From: Vibrio penaeicida
GTDB taxonomy: Bacteria; Pseudomonadota; Gammaproteobacteria; Enterobacterales; Vibrionaceae
DNA: 40,000 nucleotides
Reading direction: 5' to 3'
Assembly (NCBI RefSeq): GCF_030689305.1
Contig: NZ_JAUYVM010000022.1
Coordinates: 14,433-54,432, forward strand
How positions within the stretch are numbered: position 1 is the stretch's first letter; the number at the start of each line of letters is the position of its first letter. This document shows positions 1 through 8,433 of the stretch, piece after piece. The notes beneath the pieces were generated by a model. The model had not been told where the DNA came from, searched no databases, and saw only the letters and a program-made list of their open reading frames with translations. Position numbers and translations under genes: made by a program.

Positions 1-680
1 GTTATATGTTTGGCGGCCGAGCGGAGACGCCTGTCGTCATCCGTGCCATGTGTGGCGCTGGCTTTCGCGCTGCGGCACAGCACAGTCAAATGTTGACACC
101 GATGTTTACTAACTTACCGGGAGTGAAGGTGGTGTGCCCGTCTAATGCCTACGATGCCAAGGGGCTGCTGGCGCAATCCATCCGCGACAACGATCCGGTC
201 ATCTTTTTGGAACACAAAAGCCTTTATCAGATGGAAGACGATGTGCCGCAAGAGGCTTATGCCATCCCATTTGGTGAAGCCAATGTGTTGCGAGAAGGGA
301 ACGACGTTACGCTGGTTTCTTACGGATTAACCGTCCACCGAGCAATGGAAGCGGCGAACCTAGCTGCGAAAAAGGGCATTTCGTGCGAGGTTATCGACTT
401 GAGAACGCTTTCTCCCATCGATATGGATACGGTGTTGGAAAGTGCGGAAGTTACGGGGCGCATTGTGTGCATTGATGAAGCTAACGAAAGGTGTTCCATT
501 GCCGCCGATGTGTGCGCCAAAGTCTGTGAGCAAGGGTTTTCGTATCTGAAAGCGCCAGCGCAAATGGTCACCGCGCCTCATACGCCTGTGCCTTTTTCTC
601 CTAGCCTTGAAGATGCGTATGTGCCCAGTGCTGATATGATTTTGAAACGCATTGAGTACGTGATGAAGGAGGGGCTATGA
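1..680 (+). CDS. acoB: 2-oxoacid (acetoin/pyruvate-type) dehydrogenase E1 beta subunit, C-terminal part; 5' end outside window
   Basis: The frame is open from the window edge. The sequence is E1-beta-like (DPVIFLEHKSLY, IDLRTLSPIDMDTV). The stop overlaps the start of the downstream lipoyl-domain gene (ATGA at 677-680), which is the acoB-acoC arrangement. Confidence 0.85.
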   Translation, partial: YMFGGRAETPVVIRAMCGAGFRAAAQHSQMLTPMFTNLPGVKVVCPSNAYDAKGLLAQSIRDNDPVIFLEHKSLYQMEDDVPQEAYAIPFGEANVLREGNDVTLVSYGLTVHRAMEAANLAAKKGISCEVIDLRTLSPIDMDTVLESAEVTGRIVCIDEANERCSIAADVCAKVCEQGFSYLKAPAQMVTAPHTPVPFSPSLEDAYVPSADMILKRIEYVMKEGL

Positions 681-1798
681 GTTCAGAGAACACAGCGATC
701 ATCCCGATTGTTATGCCGAAATGGGGGCTTTCCATGACGGAAGGCACCCTGAATGAATGGCTAGTGGAAGAGGGGGATTCCATTGAAGTTGGTCAGGTAA
801 TCATGGACGTTGAGACCGACAAAATTGCCAGTATGGTGGAAGCGCCGGATGCAGGAGTGCTGAGGCGAAAAGTGGCAGAAGAGGGCGAAATCTATGATGT
901 GAAAGCCTTGCTTGGCGTTCTAGCAGACGATTCAGTATCGGATGAGGAGATCGACGCTTACATTGAGCAGTTTGAATCTACTGTGGACGATGCAGAGGAA
1001 GAAGCTGAAGAGTCGCTTCGTTCTCAATTCATTGAGCTGAGTACGGGTACTGTTCGCTATGTGCATCGCGACGGCGAAGGCACACCTTTGCTGTTCATTC
1101 ATGGATTTGGCGGCGATCTCGACAATTGGTTGTTCAACCTAGAGACATCTGGCAATCCGGTGTATGCGTTGGATTTGCCTGGTCACGGGCAATCGACAAA
1201 AGCACTCAATGGCGACCCGATTGAATGTCTGAGCCAGACTATTTCGGAGTTTGTCAGCACGCAAAACATCGAGCGTTGCCATCTTGTCGGGCATTCCATG
1301 GGCGGATTACTGGCAGCAAAGTTTGCAGTTGAAAACACCAGCTCAGTAGCTTCGCTGACTTTGTTGGCTCCGGCAGGGTTAACGTCTGATATCAGTGAAG
1401 ACTACTTAGTTGGGTTTTCTGAGGCAGATTCACGCAAAGCCATGAAAGCAGCAGTTTTGCATTTGTTCGCCGATCAAAGTTTAGTGAATCGAGCCATGGT
1501 GGACGATTTGCTCAAATATAAGCGTCTGGATGGCGTAGATGCCGCGCTTCATCTGCTTCGCAATGCGTTATCAAACAACGGAAAGCAGACCATCAATTTG
1601 GTGAAACCGCTGTTAGCGTTGGAGATTCCAATTACCCTAATATGGGGGCAGAAAGATAAGGTGGTGCCAATCACCCCCGAGGTAGAGGATTCGAGCTTAA
1701 GTACTCACACCAGAATTGAACTTCTACCAGACGTTGGACATATGCCTCAAATGGAGGCAGTCGATAAGGTTAACGAGGTACTCGCTCGATTGCATTAG
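677..1798 (+). CDS. acoC: AcoC-type E2-like protein: lipoyl-attachment domain fused to an alpha/beta-hydrolase domain
   Basis: N-terminal lipoyl-lysine motif VMDVETDKIASMVEAP. Hydrolase motifs HGFGG and GHSMGG, with a distal GHMPQ His. It directly follows E1 beta. Confidence 0.85.
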   Translation: MSSENTAIIPIVMPKWGLSMTEGTLNEWLVEEGDSIEVGQVIMDVETDKIASMVEAPDAGVLRRKVAEEGEIYDVKALLGVLADDSVSDEEIDAYIEQFESTVDDAEEEAEESLRSQFIELSTGTVRYVHRDGEGTPLLFIHGFGGDLDNWLFNLETSGNPVYALDLPGHGQSTKALNGDPIECLSQTISEFVSTQNIERCHLVGHSMGGLLAAKFAVENTSSVASLTLLAPAGLTSDISEDYLVGFSEADSRKAMKAAVLHLFADQSLVNRAMVDDLLKYKRLDGVDAALHLLRNALSNNGKQTINLVKPLLALEIPITLIWGQKDKVVPITPEVEDSSLSTHTRIELLPDVGHMPQMEAVDKVNEVLARLH

Positions 1799-1869
1799 CC
1801 TAAACGCAAAAAACCGCTGTAAAAACAGCGGTTTTTTTTACATGGTCGGACTGAGAGGATTTGAACCAG
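1797..1869 (-). repeat. att repeat copy 1: terminator plus last ~25 nt of a tRNA-Pro-like 3' end (GGTTCAAATCCTCTCAGTCCGACCA on minus strand)
   Basis: A 73-bp direct repeat of 3028-3100 with about 4 mismatches. Minus-strand 1869->1843 reads as T-loop, T-stem, acceptor 3' strand and CCA. Confidence 0.75.
1808..1839. terminator. Bidirectional rho-independent terminator (A-tract, CCGCTGT/ACAGCGG stem, T8)
   Basis: Stem 1813-1819/1825-1831 with a 5-nt loop. It is flanked by A5-6 upstream and T8 downstream, so it can terminate acoC (+) and the tRNA-like remnant (-). Confidence 0.8.
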
Positions 1870-2076
1870 AAAAGGTAAATTTGATCGAATCGCTTGAGAC
1901 GTTTTTGGTGCAGATGAAAATGATAGTAAAGACTGTTTCAGTAAAATGTAGAGCAGTTCCAAGCTTATCGAAATCCGCTTGTGAGAAGGGAGTACAATCC
2001 ACATTATGGTTGAAATTCAATAAAGGAATTCAGAAATGCCATTGGACATTACATTCAGCTGGGTAAAGAGACCATA

Positions 2077-2526
2077 GTGGTCAAAGATAAAGCTTCAAAT
2101 GAAGTGATTATAATGACGGCAACCTCAGGAGGTTGGGATGAGCACAAACCTCTTCCAAAAGGAAAGTGGGTAATAGCAGAAAATCCAAGAGGCTTTAGAG
2201 ATTACTTTGCTCTTTTTTATGTAGACTCAAACATCAATGACCAGTTTTTCGATGAAAAGTGGAGAGATGGAATCAGGTTTGGTTACCATGGAGATGAAGG
2301 CAGCCATGGATGTGTAATGACGAGGCTTTATGATAAAAATGCTATTGGGCTTAGCTTTCGAGATGTTAAAGATAAAGGCCAAATGGTTTGGGACCACGTT
2401 CAAGACCTCATTCGTAAGAAGGGTCAGAAGAAAGTAATAACGTACAAAAACAACGAGATTCCTCATAAACGTGATGATACTGCATATCGATTAACGAGCT
2501 ATGGTTATTTACGTGTAGTGGATTGA
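2077..2526 (+). CDS. Tlde1/DUF2778-like L,D-transpeptidase-fold toxin candidate
   Basis: 149-aa ORF with a GTG start at 2077 (alternative ATG at 2113). PKGKWVIAENPR and FGYHGDEGSHGCVM resemble the DUF2778/YkuD-type H-G...S-x-G-C catalytic signature. It is translationally coupled to a downstream ORF with an export signal. Confidence 0.5.
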   Translation: MVKDKASNEVIIMTATSGGWDEHKPLPKGKWVIAENPRGFRDYFALFYVDSNINDQFFDEKWRDGIRFGYHGDEGSHGCVMTRLYDKNAIGLSFRDVKDKGQMVWDHVQDLIRKKGQKKVITYKNNEIPHKRDDTAYRLTSYGYLRVVD

Positions 2527-3014
2527 TTGAAGGAGTCCTCAAGATTAAAAAAATTTTTCTAGCCTTTCTTGCTACTTTTCCTTTGCTATCTGATGCTTCA
2601 GTTATCACCACGGACAGTTTTAAAGTGAAATTACCGTTATTTTTTTCTGAAGTGAGCGAAAAAAATAACGACTATAGAAAGAGTTGGAGCTTCAGCTCTC
2701 AATATGGAACTTTTAAGCTGGCACAAGAGCAATGTGAAGGCTGTCTTACTCCTACTCAGGCAAGTGTAACGGAATTGCTTGGCGATTCTAGCTATAGCGA
2801 CTATGGGGCGGCTATTATCAATGTTAATGGTCTAGATGGCTTCTTAGCATATGTACCCACTCGCAAACAGGTCATGCTAGTTTCTGCTGAGTTCGTGAGT
2901 AAGAATATGAAGGTAAAAGCACAGCTTGTGACTAGAAAAGGTATAAAGCCACATGAAGTTCAAATTGCAAATGTTGAGTTTATGAGGCTGCTCAACGCGA
3001 TTGAATTTAAATGA
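2523..3014 (+). CDS. Exported protein, candidate cognate immunity protein
   Basis: The TTG start overlaps the upstream stop (TTGA). The N-terminus has a signal-like segment, KKIFLAFLATFPLLSDA/SV. The role is assigned from position only; no family was recognised. Confidence 0.4.
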   Translation: MIEGVLKIKKIFLAFLATFPLLSDASVITTDSFKVKLPLFFSEVSEKNNDYRKSWSFSSQYGTFKLAQEQCEGCLTPTQASVTELLGDSSYSDYGAAIINVNGLDGFLAYVPTRKQVMLVSAEFVSKNMKVKAQLVTRKGIKPHEVQIANVEFMRLLNAIEFK

Positions 3015-3027
3015 AGCGATTAGTCAA

Positions 3028-3119
3028 AGCCTAAACGGAAAAAACCGCTGTAAAAACAGCGGTTTTTTTAACATGGTCGGACTGACTGGATTTGAACCAG
3101 CGACCCCTGACACCCCATG
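3028..3119 (-). repeat. att repeat copy 2 plus longer tRNA-Pro 3' fragment (about 46 nt, anticodon loop to CCA); not a complete tRNA
   Basis: Minus strand 3119->3074 reads CATGGGGTGTCAGGGGTCGCTGGTTCAAATCCAGTCAGTCCGACCA. This includes the T arm GCTGG/TTCAAAT/CCAGT and the acceptor end CCGA-CCA typical of tRNA-Pro. Sequence further right has no D arm or 5' acceptor strand. Confidence 0.7.
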
Positions 3120-3272
3120 TTCATGCGCTTTTTGGGTGTTTTTCCTTTCTTTTACAGATGGTTATCCTATATTTTTTTGCTTTTTTTGCATGAAAATTAG
3201 GTGGAAATGGAAAAAATCATAATTGAGGAAAAACAAAGAGTTAGTAAATTGAAAACCACTGTATATTACCAC

Positions 3273-4487
3273 CTAAATTTCGACCTCTTTTGCTGGGATT
3301 TCGTGCCACTCAATGTTGTTTGAATCGGTGTAAATTTTGGTGGTTTCAGGTCGGGAATGTGCCATTCTTTGTTGTGGGTTTTCGCCCATTTCTTGTAGCT
3401 TTTGGGCGGCTAGTCTGCGGATTTCGTGAAAGGTTGGTCTGAGGGATTTGGGAAGGTCTGAGTATAAATTGAGCTCGTCACGCACTTTTGAAAATGTTCT
3501 GCTGATGATTTTACTGGTGCACTGGAATTGGTGATCGCATTCTTTAGCGATGCCATTGGTCAGTTTATTCTTGCGGTGGACGACATAAGGGCAGATGAGT
3601 TTGTCTTTTCGAGAGCGATCAACGGTATCCTTTATGGCTTGAGTGACCGGAATAGCCACATAACTCGCTTTGCTGTTTTTGACTTTTTGTCGGTGGATAT
3701 ACAGAGTGCCGTATACCGTGACGCCATTTTGATGTGTGGGCATTTCAAACCACAATATCCCACATTTGCCTGGTGCCGGCTTTTTTATGCTGTACTTGAT
3801 CCGGTGCAGTTCTTTTACGGCATGAGTGGATTGAAGCGCAATTTCCATTGCTGTCCTGAGAAACAGCGGGGCTTTTTGATGGATTGCCTTAAAGTCGTCT
3901 ATGGTCAAATCTAGCCTTTCTTTTGACTTATCTTCAGGGCTTAACCGACGAGGTTTCTTTTGCTCAGCAACATTGGTGTTTACTGCCGATTCATCCGCGA
4001 GGTAGGCAAAAACTTTTTTCAAAAAAGACACTTTTCGGTTGTAGACGTTTTTTGACTTGTTACCAAAGTAGTGATTCAGCCAATCATTGAGATCCGTCAG
4101 TTTTATCTGTTTCGATAGCTTATGACCGAGCCACTCAATAAGACGATCGCAATCATTCAAAAATACTGAGTAGGTGTCAGGGCTCATGTTTTCTTCGTCT
4201 GAAACCCGATTTTTCACAACCGCAATCCATTCTGATAGAGGCTTATTGAACTTGTCTGTGGGTTTAATGAATTTTTGACTCTCTAAACTGAATGACTCCA
4301 TTGCTCGATGTTTGGCGTTATAGGCGATAGCAGCCTGTATCGCCTGATATTCTGTTGTCCCAACAGGAAACATTTTCTTTGTTCCATCAACGCAAGTGAA
4401 TCGATAGCGAACTTTTCCAGCGCGTTTCTCTACATAGAGAAAATCTGGGAAATCTTTTCTGTTTGAGTGTCTTCGTTTTGCCGCCAC
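3273..4487 (-). CDS. int: Phage tyrosine integrase
   Basis: 404 aa. The C-terminal catalytic region carries FHEIRR, AHS and a terminal KIY (R-H-R-Y family). It sits next to the att repeat and is coupled to the excisionase. Confidence 0.9.
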   Translation of the reverse strand: MAAKRRHSNRKDFPDFLYVEKRAGKVRYRFTCVDGTKKMFPVGTTEYQAIQAAIAYNAKHRAMESFSLESQKFIKPTDKFNKPLSEWIAVVKNRVSDEENMSPDTYSVFLNDCDRLIEWLGHKLSKQIKLTDLNDWLNHYFGNKSKNVYNRKVSFLKKVFAYLADESAVNTNVAEQKKPRRLSPEDKSKERLDLTIDDFKAIHQKAPLFLRTAMEIALQSTHAVKELHRIKYSIKKPAPGKCGILWFEMPTHQNGVTVYGTLYIHRQKVKNSKASYVAIPVTQAIKDTVDRSRKDKLICPYVVHRKNKLTNGIAKECDHQFQCTSKIISRTFSKVRDELNLYSDLPKSLRPTFHEIRRLAAQKLQEMGENPQQRMAHSRPETTKIYTDSNNIEWHEIPAKEVEI

Positions 4488-4684
4488 TATTCCGTCTCCA
4501 GAAAGTTCAGTAGCTCCTGCGTTACTGAGTAGTTATCTGCTTCAACAAGTACTAGCCAGCGTCCCGTAGGGGTTTGTTCTCCTCTAAGCTTTCCTTTTTT
4601 TATCCAGTTTGTCACCGTTTTCGGACACATACCCGATCCAGGGTAGAACTCTTCAATATAATCTTTAGGTTTCAGCTTTCTCAT
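4487..4684 (-). CDS. xis: Excisionase-type small DNA-binding protein
   Basis: MRKLKPKDY...CPKTVTNWIKKGKLRGEQTPTGRWLV resembles lambda Xis-like winged helix proteins. GAGGA lies 8 nt upstream of the ATG at 4684, and the stop abuts the int start. Confidence 0.7.
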   Translation of the reverse strand: MRKLKPKDYIEEFYPGSGMCPKTVTNWIKKGKLRGEQTPTGRWLVLVEADNYSVTQELLNFLETE

Positions 4685-4779
4685 ATTGCTATCCTCTAAC
4701 CATCCTGTAGTCATTCAAAAACGCCACGTTAGGTTGCATACGCTCATCAAGAGCAGACAAAGCGGTGAGGCGTCACTCC

Positions 4780-5733
4780 TCAATTCAAATCTTGATCTGA
4801 AGACTCAAGCGCCCTGAGTTTAATCAACTGCTCTTTGTAGGCTTTTCTTGCCTTAGTTTGCTCGGTATTTTTTAGATGTTTTGCATCGGCCACCAATTCG
4901 GTCAACTCCCTCTCGCTTTGGGCGTGCTCAATCTTGAGCAAAATACCATCTAACGTAACCGTCTCCTCTTCCTCGGCTGAAACCCTAGGTGTATCTGCCG
5001 TCAGTTTGCTTCGAAGCCGTTCGGTTCGAGAAGTGTGTTTCGTCGGAGTCGGATTGATACTTTTTTCTTCAACAGGCTCAAGCTCGTCGGGGGTATACAC
5101 CCCCATAATGACATCCGGAGTGTGTAATCTTGCCCACCGTTTTACGGCTAAATAGGCCAGCTGTTGTTTCGGATCGGATGCCCAGAGCGTCGAGTTTCTG
5201 ACTTGCGCCTGCGTTAATAGCAGCTCTAATACTCGTGGTTCGTCTTCGCCTTTCAGGGTAGCCCAAGAGCGAACGCCCAGACCCTGCTCATCTTCGGGTT
5301 TCCAATTGGGTGCCTGATAGGATTTGCCGTTCCCGTTTTGCTTGGTGGCGAACTTTCCAATGACCTTGTGCCAGTCACCAAACCACTCATAGTTAATTCG
5401 GTCTTTGGTTGGAGCCATTGCAGTAACGACTGCGTTAACAAGTTGAGCTTCGTAACCAAGCGTCCCGTTCACTAAATGCGTCTTCTGCGCGACGGCGTGT
5501 GGATTCATACGCCATTGCATGGACTGAATCGTGATGGCGAGGCAGTCACCAGGACTGCCTCTGAGATGGGCTGGAATGGTCGACTTACCCGTCGCCATCA
5601 ACTCTGCAAAGCGCTCAAGCCTCCCCATAAGGTCGGGGTTAAACATCATCGTAGCAACATCAAACGATAGTGAGGTGTTATCCGGTGCCGCGCTTAGCAG
5701 TGATAACTCTTGGTCAGACAATTGTACGCTCAT
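4780..5733 (-). CDS. RecT/Red-beta superfamily single-strand annealing protein
   Basis: The C-terminal core LWASDPKQQLAYLAVKRWARLHTPDVIMGVYTPDE parallels lambda Bet PWQSHPKRMLRHKAMIQCARLAFGFAGIYDKDE. It is paired with a YqaJ exonuclease. Confidence 0.7.
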   Translation of the reverse strand: MSVQLSDQELSLLSAAPDNTSLSFDVATMMFNPDLMGRLERFAELMATGKSTIPAHLRGSPGDCLAITIQSMQWRMNPHAVAQKTHLVNGTLGYEAQLVNAVVTAMAPTKDRINYEWFGDWHKVIGKFATKQNGNGKSYQAPNWKPEDEQGLGVRSWATLKGEDEPRVLELLLTQAQVRNSTLWASDPKQQLAYLAVKRWARLHTPDVIMGVYTPDELEPVEEKSINPTPTKHTSRTERLRSKLTADTPRVSAEEEETVTLDGILLKIEHAQSERELTELVADAKHLKNTEQTKARKAYKEQLIKLRALESSDQDLN

Positions 5734-5743
5734 GATAGTCTCC

Positions 5744-6817
5744 TTAGACTCGAAAGACTCGGCTATGTGATTCGGTAGTAAACTGTTTGGCGATAGCCGG
5801 TTCTGCCTCTTTCAGTGCTGTCGTATCGATACGCTTGCTGCTTTGCGATTTCCAGGAGCAGAGCTTTTTACCATTGTCATCAAGTAACACTTCGGCGTTA
5901 TCGCCCATGAAATGCTTAATCGCGAAATCCAGTCCGCCAATGTGTCTGCTTCCGACCACAGGACCATAGGCTTCGGTTTCCAGTGCTTTGATTTGGTCTT
6001 TGATGGTTTTCAAGCGTTTGAAGGCTTCTAAGATTTCGTCGGTTGCAACTATGCTTTGTCCGTTGTCTTTTGCATGCATGGTATCCAAATCGTGGAGGTT
6101 GACGGGAGGCGGCGGTATATCCGTAATCACATGCTCAAACCAAAACGTCTTAAGTTTTTGACTGACGATGTCGACTAGGTATTTATCATGCACCATGGTG
6201 TAAATTCGAAAATCATTGCCACCAATCAATACTGCCAAATCCCAGACTTTTTTGTCACACACCATCATGTAGTGAAGCATTTGCAGCATGTAAGATTCAG
6301 GGACTTCGTCGCATTCGTCCACACACTCAAACACACCGTTTTTCTCCATATAGTCATTGCCTCGCCCCCATAGGTCGCGGTTTGCCCACTTGTCGGCGGT
6401 TTTGCATTCCAGCCCTTTCCTAGCTCCCACAATATGGCGGTCAATATTGGCACGAAGCCAAGGCATGGTCTTGTGAATGTATGGGCTATTGCGTTTTTGT
6501 ACTTTCAAACCAGTGCGTCTCGTGTATTCGCGAGCCACTGTTTCTTCCAGTTCAATGCCAAAGTGCACGCGGTCATTATTGGAAAGGTCTTCTGGCTCTT
6601 CTCGCCCGGTCTTTTCCAACCAAACATCGTGAGGCGTTCGGTAGGGACAGATACCAAGAATAGCCGCTACGTCGGAGCCTCCGATACCAAAACGTCTCTG
6701 AAAATGAAAACTCTCAATATCAGTCTGTTTCATACCATTACGACGAGCCAGAATAATTAAGGATTTCACATACTCTTTGTGTATGGACGCAAGGGATACA
6801 GCATTAGCGGTAGTCAT
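5744..6817 (-). CDS. YqaJ-type recombination exonuclease
   Basis: GIGGSDVAAILGICPYRTPHDVWLEKTG is the YqaJ N-terminal signature. The start is taken at the ATG at 6817, which has GGAGG 6 nt upstream. Confidence 0.8.
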   Translation of the reverse strand: MTTANAVSLASIHKEYVKSLIILARRNGMKQTDIESFHFQRRFGIGGSDVAAILGICPYRTPHDVWLEKTGREEPEDLSNNDRVHFGIELEETVAREYTRRTGLKVQKRNSPYIHKTMPWLRANIDRHIVGARKGLECKTADKWANRDLWGRGNDYMEKNGVFECVDECDEVPESYMLQMLHYMMVCDKKVWDLAVLIGGNDFRIYTMVHDKYLVDIVSQKLKTFWFEHVITDIPPPPVNLHDLDTMHAKDNGQSIVATDEILEAFKRLKTIKDQIKALETEAYGPVVGSRHIGGLDFAIKHFMGDNAEVLLDDNGKKLCSWKSQSSKRIDTTALKEAEPAIAKQFTTESHSRVFRV

Positions 6818-7175
6818 AAAAACCTCCGTATTTACGTGATTGGTAAATGGGTTCAGCAAGTTCGCTCGCCAGAGTTTCTGCCGCAGATTCAATCATGAAG
6901 TGGTAGCGTTGCCTTTGAGCGAGAAAACCTTCGGGGTTATCTCTGTTCGTAGCCAGTGCAATGCAGGTTTCACAGAATTCTTCGGTCTCGAACGCTGTCG
7001 ACAAGACATCATCGAATCCCCATTTTTGACCGCCCAGATGAACACTCTTGCCACTCAGTAGCTCGCAGGTGAGTTCTTCTCTGATGATGTCTAATGCGGC
7101 ATGAACCTCATCGAGCCTGTCTTGCTCAGCGAGGTAACGGTGTAAGTCCAGGGTCATGATGCAAGGTGTTTTCAT
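6804..7175 (-). CDS. Hypothetical early-left-operon protein
   Basis: 123-aa ORF with GGGAG 5 nt upstream. It is the first gene of the leftward operon. No family was recognised. Confidence 0.5.
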   Translation of the reverse strand: MKTPCIMTLDLHRYLAEQDRLDEVHAALDIIREELTCELLSGKSVHLGGQKWGFDDVLSTAFETEEFCETCIALATNRDNPEGFLAQRQRYHFMIESAAETLASELAEPIYQSRKYGGFYDYR

Positions 7176-7441
7176 GGGGACTCCCTATCTTTAGTTGTTA
7201 ACTAAAATACATAATAAACATTTATCTATTTTTCAGTCAACACATAAAGGTGTATTTTTGTTTGTTAAGGAGTATAGCTAGACAAACTGGCAATAGAGTT
7301 TGGCTGAAATCCACATGATATTAGGTGGTTAGAAAAGGCTAAGAGAAATGCGGCAGTTAAAGGTGGAGGTCTGGATCACCTTCCACCTACTTGGGATTGT
7401 AACTTGTGACTAGAGGTTTACTTTTTAACTATTTGATTTAA

Positions 7442-8065
7442 TTAGAGCATCTGACCAGAAAATACAACAGTTCCGATGATTTTGTCACCATGGTCAATGG
7501 CAATAATCTTTTCTTGCCAGTTGGTATTGATTGCCCTTAAATATTTTTGCTTTCCCTCAATCAATAGCTGCCTAAAAGTAACATCTTCGTCTGCATTTAA
7601 CTTCACTACGACGTAAGAACCGTGTTGCCACTGTGTTTGACTGTCGACAAAAATAAGATCTCCATCCTTAAACTTAGGCTCCATACTTACGCCTTGAATT
7701 TTTAGTATAAAGCCTTCGTTACTAGCTGGGGCTGGACATGGATAAAATTCAAGTTCCGAAGAGTCGAGGTCTCGAATATTGGTCCACGCAGCTGCTTGCT
7801 GCCAAGTTATAAGGGGATAAAGTCCAACTATTTCAGGTCCAGGATCAACATGCGCCAAAACTTGAGGGCTACCATTTCCGTATTGTAACCAGTCAGGTTG
7901 ACAGCCTAAAACTCTAGAAAGCTCAAGGATATTTCTAGGCTTTTTTGTCGTTCCGTCTTCCAATTTGTGGATTGCATTTTGGGAAACACCGATTTTCTTG
8001 GCTAGTTGCTCTTGCGTCATCCCAAGAGATTTTCGGCGTTCTTTGATTCGATTACTTATGCTCAT
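7442..8065 (-). CDS. cI: cI-like repressor (XRE HTH + S24 LexA-like autopeptidase domain)
   Basis: N-terminal HTH LGMTQEQLAKKIGVSQNAIHKLE. The C-terminal domain has GVSMEP (Ser) ... VVVKL (Lys). It is divergent from the cro-like gene. Confidence 0.9.
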   Translation of the reverse strand: MSISNRIKERRKSLGMTQEQLAKKIGVSQNAIHKLEDGTTKKPRNILELSRVLGCQPDWLQYGNGSPQVLAHVDPGPEIVGLYPLITWQQAAAWTNIRDLDSSELEFYPCPAPASNEGFILKIQGVSMEPKFKDGDLIFVDSQTQWQHGSYVVVKLNADEDVTFRQLLIEGKQKYLRAINTNWQEKIIAIDHGDKIIGTVVFSGQML

Positions 8066-8093
8066 ACAACCATTCTTACAACTTTTTGTGTTG

Positions 8094-8132
8094 TTGACAA
8101 ACCAATTTATGTGTTTTTAAATACACATAAAT
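8094..8132 (+). promoter_or_regulatory. pR-like promoter with overlapping palindromic operator
   Basis: TTGACA at 8094-8099, a 17-nt spacer, then TTAAAT at 8117-8122. A perfect 10-bp inverted repeat ATTTATGTGT (8105-8114) / ACACATAAAT (8123-8132) lies between cI and cro. Confidence 0.6.
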
Positions 8133-8158
8133 CTATATCAACTTCGAGAGGAAAGAAC

Positions 8159-8362
8159 ATGTCTGCGATAGAAAGATCTGCCGAATTAGTGGGTGGTCAA
8201 ACTGCTTTAGCGATCGTGCTTGGTGTTAAGCAGTCACATGTATGGAATTGGATAAATCGTCGTCAGCAAGCTCCGGCAAAATATATAAGATCCATTTCCT
8301 TAGCTACATCTGGGGCAATCAGTGTAGATGACCTCCTTAAGGATCACGAAAAGCATCCATAA
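8159..8362 (+). CDS. cro: Cro/YdaS-like HTH regulator
   Basis: 67 aa. GGQTALAIVLGVKQSHVWNWINRRQQAPAKYIRSISLATSGAISVDDL matches the YdaS/Cro pattern. An RBS GAGAGG is present upstream. Confidence 0.75.
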   Translation: MSAIERSAELVGGQTALAIVLGVKQSHVWNWINRRQQAPAKYIRSISLATSGAISVDDLLKDHEKHP

Positions 8363-8433
8363 AGTAATCGGTATTCTAAAGACATTTGTAAAAGCAATTG
8401 ACTACATAATACATTTTGAAAGGTAGGTCTCCA

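Larger units (their letters stand above)
1870..3027. mobile_element. 1.2-kb integrase-less islet bounded by the two att repeat copies
   Basis: It lies exactly between the direct repeats 1797-1869 and 3028-3100. It contains only the two coupled ORFs 2077-3014. Confidence 0.6.

Noticed and set aside
3074-3170. A possible complete tRNA gene on the minus strand next to the integrase
   Set aside because: Only the 3' ~46 nt (anticodon-loop region, T arm, acceptor 3' strand, CCA) look like tRNA. The sequence where the D arm and 5' acceptor strand (CGGACTG...) should lie does not fit. It is treated as an att fragment, not a gene.
1716-3222. Listed ORFs 1716..2066 (+) and 3001..3222 (+), which share the peptide NAKNRCKNSGFF.MVGL.GFEP
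   Set aside because: The shared peptide is simply the translation of the duplicated terminator/tRNA att repeat. Neither ORF has an RBS, and both run across a terminator hairpin.
3273-4487. The tyrosine recombinase as the missing integron integrase
   Set aside because: It sits at the prophage att next to an excisionase and 6 kb away from the array, in phage-integrase context. No divergent attI/Pc arrangement is present. A profile search for the IntI-specific insertion would settle it.
7361-7388. Hairpin AGGTGGAGGT-loop-ACCTTCCACCT downstream of cI as its terminator
   Set aside because: No U-tract follows on the minus strand. The structure is real, but its function as an intrinsic terminator is unsupported.
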